A program made the position numbers and the translations under genes. The notes beneath the pieces are model-generated. The model ran no database searches. It worked only from the letters and a program-made list of their open reading frames with translations, and was not told the origin of the DNA. From positions 1,834-65,833 of the forward strand of contig DASYKZ010000013.1 of NCBI GenBank assembly GCA_035994985.1: DNA of 64,000 nucleotides. The letters are read 5' to 3'. This document shows positions 58,057 through 64,000 of this stretch, in pieces; position 1 is the stretch's first letter; each line of letters starts with the position of its first letter. The DNA comes from Minisyncoccota bacterium (lineage in GTDB: Bacteria > Patescibacteriota > Minisyncoccia > Phycocordibacterales > UBA9973).

Positions 58057-58269
58057 ATGAAAAAATTTATACACCACCTTAGAAAGCAGCCCGAAGAAGC
58101 GAGAAGACATATCTTGCACCTTCTTACCCTTATTTTTGCAATTATTCTGATAGCCTTATGGGTGTATTCCTTAGGAGCAAATTTCAGCAATCCGGATACG
58201 GAAGCGAAAATATCCGAGGGAGTAAAGCCGTTTTCCGCACTGAAAGATAATATATCGTCATTATGGTAA
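58057..58269 (+). CDS. Small single-TM hypothetical protein
   Basis: 70-aa ORF coupled to gyrA. Confidence 0.65.
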   Translation: MKKFIHHLRKQPEEARRHILHLLTLIFAIILIALWVYSLGANFSNPDTEAKISEGVKPFSALKDNISSLW

Positions 58270-60752
58270 GAAAAATTACTAAATCAAATTCCAATGAGGA
58301 TAGTCATAGCGAAGAGGCGCCAAAAGATTCCATTCTGCAGGTAGACGTCGTCGCAGAAATGAAAGAATCGTATCTGGCATACGCCATGTCAGTTATTACT
58401 GCGCGCGCGCTGCCAGACGTCCGGGACGGGCTCAAGCCGGTGCACCGCAGGATTCTTTTTGCAATGGGAGAAATGGGGCTGACGTATTCATCGCGTTTTC
58501 GTAAATCAGCCACAGTAGTCGGAGATGTACTAGGCAAATACCATCCGCACGGAGACGTAGCTGTGTATGACTCTATGGTAGGCATGGCGCAGGAGTTTTC
58601 TTTCCGCTACCCATTTATTTTAGGACAGGGAAACTTTGGCTCTATCGACGGAGATAGTGCCGCGGCAATGCGTTATACCGAGGCAAAAATGTCTAAGATT
58701 TCAGCCGAACTCATGAGAGACCTTGAAAAAGAAACTGTAGACTTTCGTCCAAACTATGACGGCACGCGAAAAGAGCCGATTGTATTTCCGGCGAGCGTAC
58801 CAGCGCTTCTTTTAAACGGAACCCTCGGCATTGCCGTCGGCATGGCCACAAATATCCCTCCGCACAATCTGGGCGAAGTGCTGGACGCTACTATGCACCT
58901 GATTGAAAACGAAGATGCCACTACTGATGATTTGATGCAATTTATAAAAGGTCCGGACTTTCCGGTCGGCGGCATAGCCTACGGTTCCAAAGATATGCTT
59001 CATGCGTACTCATCCGGACGGGGAGGAGTGGTGACCAGAGGCGAAGCAAATATTACCGAAGATAAAAATGGCAATCCGCAAATCATCATTACCAGCATTC
59101 CTTTCCGGGTAAACAAGGCGAATTTAATTATAGCGATAGCCGAGCTGGTGCAAGAAAAAAAGCTTGATGGTATCAAAGGGTTGCGTGATGAATCCACGAG
59201 AGATATCCGCATAGCCATAGATTTAAAAAATACCGCTCATCCAGAAAAAGTTTTGAATTATATTTACAAAAATACCCAGCTGGAGCAAAATTTCAATTTC
59301 AATATGGTGGCGCTCGTAGACGGCGTGCCGCAAACCCTTTCCCTGAAATCCATCTTGGAGCAATTCATCTTGCACAGAAAAGACGTAGTGAAGCGGAGAA
59401 GCGCGTACGACCTCCGCAAGGCCGAAGAGCGCGAGCATATACTCCTCGGTCTCAAGAAAGCGCTTGATAAAATCGATAAAGTCATCAGCATTATCCGGGC
59501 TTCTAAAAATTCACAGGTGGCAAAGGTAAATCTTATAAAAGAATTCAAGTTCTCAGATTTGCAGGCTGCGGCTATCTTGGAGATGAAGCTGTCCAAGCTA
59601 GCTGGACTTGAGAGGAAAGCCGTGGAAGATGAACTCAAAGAAAAGCAGAATTTTATAGCCGAGATGAAAGCCATACTGGCGAGCCCTAAAAAAATCCTAA
59701 AAATAATCAATGATGAAATAAAAGAAATCCGCGACAAATACAGCGATGAGCGGCGCACTAGAATAGTCAAAGGCGGAGTCAAAGAAATTTCCGATGAAGA
59801 CCTTATACCCGAAAAAGAAACCATGCTCGTGCTCACCGCTGGAGGATATGTAAAATGCACCGACCCAAAAGAATATAAAGCCCAGAAGCGCGGCGGAGTA
59901 GGGGTAATCGACCTTGAAACAAAAGAGGAAGACTTTGTGACTATGCTTGTCTCCGGCTCGACGCACGACAATCTATTATTCTTTACAAATAAAGGAAAAG
60001 CATATCAGATGAGAATGTACGATATTCCGGAAGGACGGCGCGCCACAAAAGGCAAGTCTATCATGAATTTCCTGTCTCTCTCTGCTGACGAAAAAGTTAC
60101 TTCAATTTTAGCAATGCCCAAAAAGAAGGAAGAGATGGCTTCATCGCTTATGTTAGTCACAAAACACGGTACAGCTAAAAAAATGGCTACAGTTTCTTTT
60201 CAAGACGTGCGCCAGAGCGGGATTATCGCCATCCGGCTCGACAAAGGAGACCAGCTGATATCTGCCTTAGCTATAAACAAAGGCGACGAAGTCATGATTG
60301 CCACAGGCGACGGACAATCCATCAGATTCAAAGAATCGGATGTACGGGAAATGGGCCGGACAGCAGGCGGAGTGACGGGCATAAAACTAAAAAAGGGAGA
60401 TGAAGTTATCGGCGTAGATGCAATAAGAAAAAAGCAAGAAAACTATGAAAAGGCGGCATTCTTGACCATGAGTGCGAACGGTTTTGGTAAAAAAACTGCT
60501 CTTAAAGAATACAAAGTTCAAAAGCGCGGAGGCTCGGGCATCAAGACCGCAAAAGTGACTCCAAAAACTGGCAAGCTTATCGTGGCGAAAGTATTAGGAG
60601 GCGAAGAAGAGGAACTTATAGCCATGTCTAAGAAAGGCCAAGTCATCCGCACTGCCCTCAAAGACATTCCAAACCTAGGACGCCAAACCCAAGGGGTGAC
60701 CATCATGCGCCTCCGCGACGGCGACGGCATTGCCTCGCTGGCCTGTATTTAA
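58263..60752 (+). CDS. gyrA: DNA gyrase subunit A
   Basis: [29 protein letters not shown], GyrA box QKRGGVG. Confidence 0.98.
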   Translation: MVRKITKSNSNEDSHSEEAPKDSILQVDVVAEMKESYLAYAMSVITARALPDVRDGLKPVHRRILFAMGEMGLTYSSRFRKSATVVGDVLGKYHPHGDVAVYDSMVGMAQEFSFRYPFILGQGNFGSIDGDSAAAMRYTEAKMSKISAELMRDLEKETVDFRPNYDGTRKEPIVFPASVPALLLNGTLGIAVGMATNIPPHNLGEVLDATMHLIENEDATTDDLMQFIKGPDFPVGGIAYGSKDMLHAYSSGRGGVVTRGEANITEDKNGNPQIIITSIPFRVNKANLIIAIAELVQEKKLDGIKGLRDESTRDIRIAIDLKNTAHPEKVLNYIYKNTQLEQNFNFNMVALVDGVPQTLSLKSILEQFILHRKDVVKRRSAYDLRKAEEREHILLGLKKALDKIDKVISIIRASKNSQVAKVNLIKEFKFSDLQAAAILEMKLSKLAGLERKAVEDELKEKQNFIAEMKAILASPKKILKIINDEIKEIRDKYSDERRTRIVKGGVKEISDEDLIPEKETMLVLTAGGYVKCTDPKEYKAQKRGGVGVIDLETKEEDFVTMLVSGSTHDNLLFFTNKGKAYQMRMYDIPEGRRATKGKSIMNFLSLSADEKVTSILAMPKKKEEMASSLMLVTKHGTAKKMATVSFQDVRQSGIIAIRLDKGDQLISALAINKGDEVMIATGDGQSIRFKESDVREMGRTAGGVTGIKLKKGDEVIGVDAIRKKQENYEKAAFLTMSANGFGKKTALKEYKVQKRGGSGIKTAKVTPKTGKLIVAKVLGGEEEELIAMSKKGQVIRTALKDIPNLGRQTQGVTIMRLRDGDGIASLACI

Positions 60753-60768
60753 TGTTACAATATAAAAT

Positions 60769-61305
60769 ATGTTTACCGATCCGGTAAAAAACTTAAAAGC
60801 TTTCGGTTTACGGGAAGACAATATTGTTGCGGACTTGGGCGCGGGGACGGGGTATTATACTCTCCCTGCCGGAGCTATTGTATCCAAAGGAAAAGTGTAT
60901 GCAGTGGAAATAACTAAAGATTTTTTGACTACTATTAAAAACAAGGTAGAGGAAGCTCATTTAAACAATGTAGAAATTTTATGGGGCAATGTCGAGGTAA
61001 TCGGCGGCACGCGCATAGGAGATGGTATTCTGGATGCTGTCATCGCTTCCAATATCCTTTTTCAAGTAGAAGACAAGAGTAATTTTATTGAAGAAATCAG
61101 AAGAATATTAAAGCCTCATGGCAAGGTGCTGGTCATTGACTGGACAGTGGATTCCGAAGGGGATTCTGCGGCTATATCACTCAAGGGAGCGTTGCCGAAA
61201 GAAAGAGCTTTTGAAATGTTTGAAAAGAAAGGCTTTGCTTTAGACCGTGACATTGATGCAGGTGCGCATCATTATGGTATGATATTAGTGAAAACCAATG
61301 AGTGA
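60769..61305 (+). CDS. Class I SAM-dependent methyltransferase
   Basis: VADLGAGTG, RILKP.G...IDW. Confidence 0.9.
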   Translation: MFTDPVKNLKAFGLREDNIVADLGAGTGYYTLPAGAIVSKGKVYAVEITKDFLTTIKNKVEEAHLNNVEILWGNVEVIGGTRIGDGILDAVIASNILFQVEDKSNFIEEIRRILKPHGKVLVIDWTVDSEGDSAAISLKGALPKERAFEMFEKKGFALDRDIDAGAHHYGMILVKTNE

Positions 61306-61324
61306 AACAAATATGGTTTTCCTA

Positions 61325-61386
61325 ACCCCGCACATAATAGCTTTTAATTAAAGTGTCCATATTATTTTATAAATTATGTGCGGGGT
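61325..61386. mobile_element. MITE-like element with 14-bp perfect TIRs
   Basis: ACCCCGCACATAAT ... ATTATGTGCGGGGT. Confidence 0.6.
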
Positions 61387-61425
61387 GATGATTTTAATAC
61401 TCATTTCATTCGTTAAAAATCAATC

Positions 61426-62721
61426 ATGAAAGGAACCTTCCAACTCATTCTAATAATTATATTCATCGCCGGGGCTATCTTTGGCGTGCTGGTTTTTTCA
61501 GGCGCTATACCTTTGGGCGGCGGCAGCGAGAACACCGCCACGGGTACAGTCGTACTGTGGGGAACTACGAGTTCCGCAGTCATGTCGCCTATTCTTGAAG
61601 AATTTAATAAAGCCAATAAAACATTTTCCGTAAGTTATGAACAGAAATCAGCGGATAGCTTTGACCAGAATTTACTGGAAGCCTTAGCTTCGGGCGCGGG
61701 TCCTGATATGTTTTTCTTGCCGGATAACTTGGCTTTTCATTATTCCAATAAAATTTTTCCGATACCGTATACCAGCTACCCGCTTGTCACTTTCAAAAAT
61801 ACGTTTGCCGGAGCCGGGGAGGTATTTCTGACTTCCGGCGGTATTCTAGCTTTTCCCATAACCATTGACCCGCTTATGTTGTATTACAACAGGAGCATGC
61901 TCGATTCAAATTCAATTATCTATCCGCCTAAAACATGGAATGAATTAGCCACCCAGGCCCAATTACTTACAAAAAAAGACGGAACAAATAAAATAATAAA
62001 AAGCGCTGTAGGGCTTGGTGATTTTTCAAATGTCGCTCATGCCAAAGATATACTTGTGGCTATGTTCATGCAGGCAGGCAATCCTATCGTGACAGCAAAA
62101 AATGAATCTCTTAGTTCTTCTTTGGACGACTTTATAAGCGGGGAAGTTGATCTCGGTTCTATTTTACAATACTATATTTCGTTTGCCGACCCGGCAAGTC
62201 CGATGTATTCATGGAATAAATCTTTTCCAAATTCCACTAATGCGTTTAGCTCTGAGGACGCGGCTTTTTATTTCGGCTTTGCTTCAGAATTTCAGTTTTT
62301 AGTAAACAGAAACCCAAATCAAAATTTGGGAGTAGCTCCGATACCGCAGCTGGGAGATGCATCTTCCAAGTTGACTGCCGGCCGAGTTACCGGGCTGGCC
62401 ATCTCCAGCGCTACTAAAAATCTGGCTACTGCGTTTACCGCAGCTAGCTTGATTGCTACAGGTAACTTTGCCTCAAAACTTTCAAATGCTCTGGCTACTC
62501 CTCCGGCGAGGCGGGATTTGCTTGCTGCTAAACCCGGCGATAGCTACTCTCCTATTTTTTATGATTCCGCACTGTACGGCAAAAGCTGGCTTGATCCGTC
62601 CCCTGACGGAACAAACAATATTTTCCGGACCATGGTGGAGTCCACCCTTTCAAACAACAGGACGGCGAGCGACGCTGTGGATGACGCTAGTTCCAAATTA
62701 GACCTTTTATTGTTAAGATAA
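61426..62721 (+). CDS. Extracellular solute-binding protein (family 1), TM anchored
   Basis: VLWG, ALASGAGPDMF, LYYNR, PPKTW.E. Confidence 0.85.
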   Translation: MKGTFQLILIIIFIAGAIFGVLVFSGAIPLGGGSENTATGTVVLWGTTSSAVMSPILEEFNKANKTFSVSYEQKSADSFDQNLLEALASGAGPDMFFLPDNLAFHYSNKIFPIPYTSYPLVTFKNTFAGAGEVFLTSGGILAFPITIDPLMLYYNRSMLDSNSIIYPPKTWNELATQAQLLTKKDGTNKIIKSAVGLGDFSNVAHAKDILVAMFMQAGNPIVTAKNESLSSSLDDFISGEVDLGSILQYYISFADPASPMYSWNKSFPNSTNAFSSEDAAFYFGFASEFQFLVNRNPNQNLGVAPIPQLGDASSKLTAGRVTGLAISSATKNLATAFTAASLIATGNFASKLSNALATPPARRDLLAAKPGDSYSPIFYDSALYGKSWLDPSPDGTNNIFRTMVESTLSNNRTASDAVDDASSKLDLLLLR

Positions 62722-62725
62722 ACAT

Positions 62726-63256
62726 ATGAGCAAAACTACAAAATTTTTAATTTCTTCCGCAGGTTCTCTCTCAATACTCATTATGCTTGTCATGCCTGCT
62801 TTATCTTTTGCACAAGTGCCGAAAGGGATACAAATAGAAAATGGAGTAACCGGCGGATTGGTTCCTTGTGGCAGAGCCGTGACTTCAAGCGCTAAAAAAG
62901 GGGATGTAGTGGGAACCACTGCTCCTGGCACTAACGGTGAAAATGAAAATGTTGTAGCCAAGGTTGATACAGGCTCAGTAGTTAAAAACCCATGCGGCTT
63001 TGACGATGCCATAACACTCGTGAATAATATCATCAGCTATATACTTTTTTATCTGGCTATTCCCATCGTGGCGATAATGTTTGTGTACGCAGGCGTCCTT
63101 CTGGTGACTTCGGGCGGGGATACGGGAGCAAGGACAAAGGCCAAGAGTGCTTTCCTAAACGCGGCTATCGGCCTTATTTTAGCTTTCGGCTCGTATATTA
63201 TCATTAAACTCATTTTGCATACACTCGGTTACAACGGGGCTTGGATTGGTTTTTAA
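62726..63256 (+). CDS. TrbC/VirB2-like pilin
   Basis: GLVPCG...PCGF, then hydrophobic hairpin with YAG...SGG...KAK...AIG. Confidence 0.8.
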   Translation: MSKTTKFLISSAGSLSILIMLVMPALSFAQVPKGIQIENGVTGGLVPCGRAVTSSAKKGDVVGTTAPGTNGENENVVAKVDTGSVVKNPCGFDDAITLVNNIISYILFYLAIPIVAIMFVYAGVLLVTSGGDTGARTKAKSAFLNAAIGLILAFGSYIIIKLILHTLGYNGAWIGF

Positions 63257-63280
63257 ATTACTTATTGATATAATATAAAC

Positions 63281-63832
63281 ATGAAATTTTTTAAGAAAAA
63301 TATAGCTATGAGCTTATCATCAATATTCATTATGGTAGTTGTATTATTCAGTCCCGTAGTAAAAATTAATGCGCAATCACAATTTCAACCATGTGTTTAC
63401 AACTCTCAAGGTAATGCTATAAATAATCCGTGTGGTTTATTATATCCAAACTCACAAACACCACCAACACAACCCGTCGGCACTACTCCAGCAGAACAGC
63501 CTGTTGGCACCACTCCTAGTGAACAACCCGTCGGCACTACTCCTTCCGGCTCCGCCAGCAATAGCGACGGTAAAATTCATAACCCGCTTGGAGCTACAAA
63601 CTCAATACCTGATTTAATTAAAAATGCTTTAGAGGATGTGCTCAAAATATGTATACCCGTCGTTGCTCTGGCCATTATTTATTGCGGTTTTCTTTTTGTC
63701 TTTGCCATGGGCAATCCTGAAAAATTAAAAAAAGCCAAAGATGCCCTCTTATACACCGTGATAGGTGCAGCCATACTTTTGGGAGCTTTGGCTATAGCCG
63801 ATATTATAGTGACCACTGTGCAGGGACTTTAA
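63281..63832 (+). CDS. TrbC/VirB2-like pilin with 3x QPVGTTP repeat
   Basis: IHNPL...IIYCGFLFV.A.GNPEKLKKAK..LLYTVIG. Confidence 0.85.
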   Translation: MKFFKKNIAMSLSSIFIMVVVLFSPVVKINAQSQFQPCVYNSQGNAINNPCGLLYPNSQTPPTQPVGTTPAEQPVGTTPSEQPVGTTPSGSASNSDGKIHNPLGATNSIPDLIKNALEDVLKICIPVVALAIIYCGFLFVFAMGNPEKLKKAKDALLYTVIGAAILLGALAIADIIVTTVQGL

Positions 63833-63857
63833 TGACGACTTTAATTAAAAGAACATT

Positions 63858-64000
63858 ATGACAGCTTTAGTAACCACAGTTCACAACATCTTAAATGCCG
63901 TTATTCCGGTCATGATATCTTTAGGCGTCGTCTATTTCGTCTGGGGCGTAGTGCAGTACGTCATTGCCGATGCTGAAGAAGCGAAGAAAACCGGCAAAGA
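63858..64000 (+). CDS. Pilin-like protein, 3'-truncated by the window edge
   Basis: MTALVTTVHNILNAVIPVMISLGVVYFVWGVVQYVIADAEEAKKTGK. Confidence 0.7.
   Translation, partial: MTALVTTVHNILNAVIPVMISLGVVYFVWGVVQYVIADAEEAKKTGK

Overview
A 64-kb chromosomal window from a Patescibacteria (CPR), most likely Parcubacteria. The call rests on the 16S signatures, tandem VirB2-like pilins, a DUF5667-type ECF/anti-sigma pair and a stand-alone 16S gene. Housekeeping content: RNR alpha/beta, RNase J, secG, secA, murE/D/C, rpsA, gyrA, radC, a DsbB/thioredoxin/cyclophilin block and an unlinked 16S rRNA. An AT-rich island at about 28.3-34.6 kb carries two probable restriction-modification modules. Main results of the hunt: (1) six copies of an ECF-type promoter, YGTAAK-N16/17-CGTCW, link the ECF sigma locus to a distant cluster of small stress-type proteins, several missed by the ORF track, suggesting a general-stress regulon; (2) the RNR beta subunit has class Ic (Mn/Fe) residues and abuts MntH, a MntP-like protein and a half-size GDT1 transporter; (3) the 16S has no anti-Shine-Dalgarno tail, many genes look leaderless, and three leadered small genes display GGUC in hairpin loops; (4) tiny palindromic insertion elements occur, two with reconstructable empty sites and 2-bp duplications and others in frame inside genes; (5) two promoter-to-terminator units without a convincing ORF are ncRNA candidates. 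No CRISPR array, tRNA, integrase or transposase was seen. All family assignments come from motif recognition by eye, not database searches.
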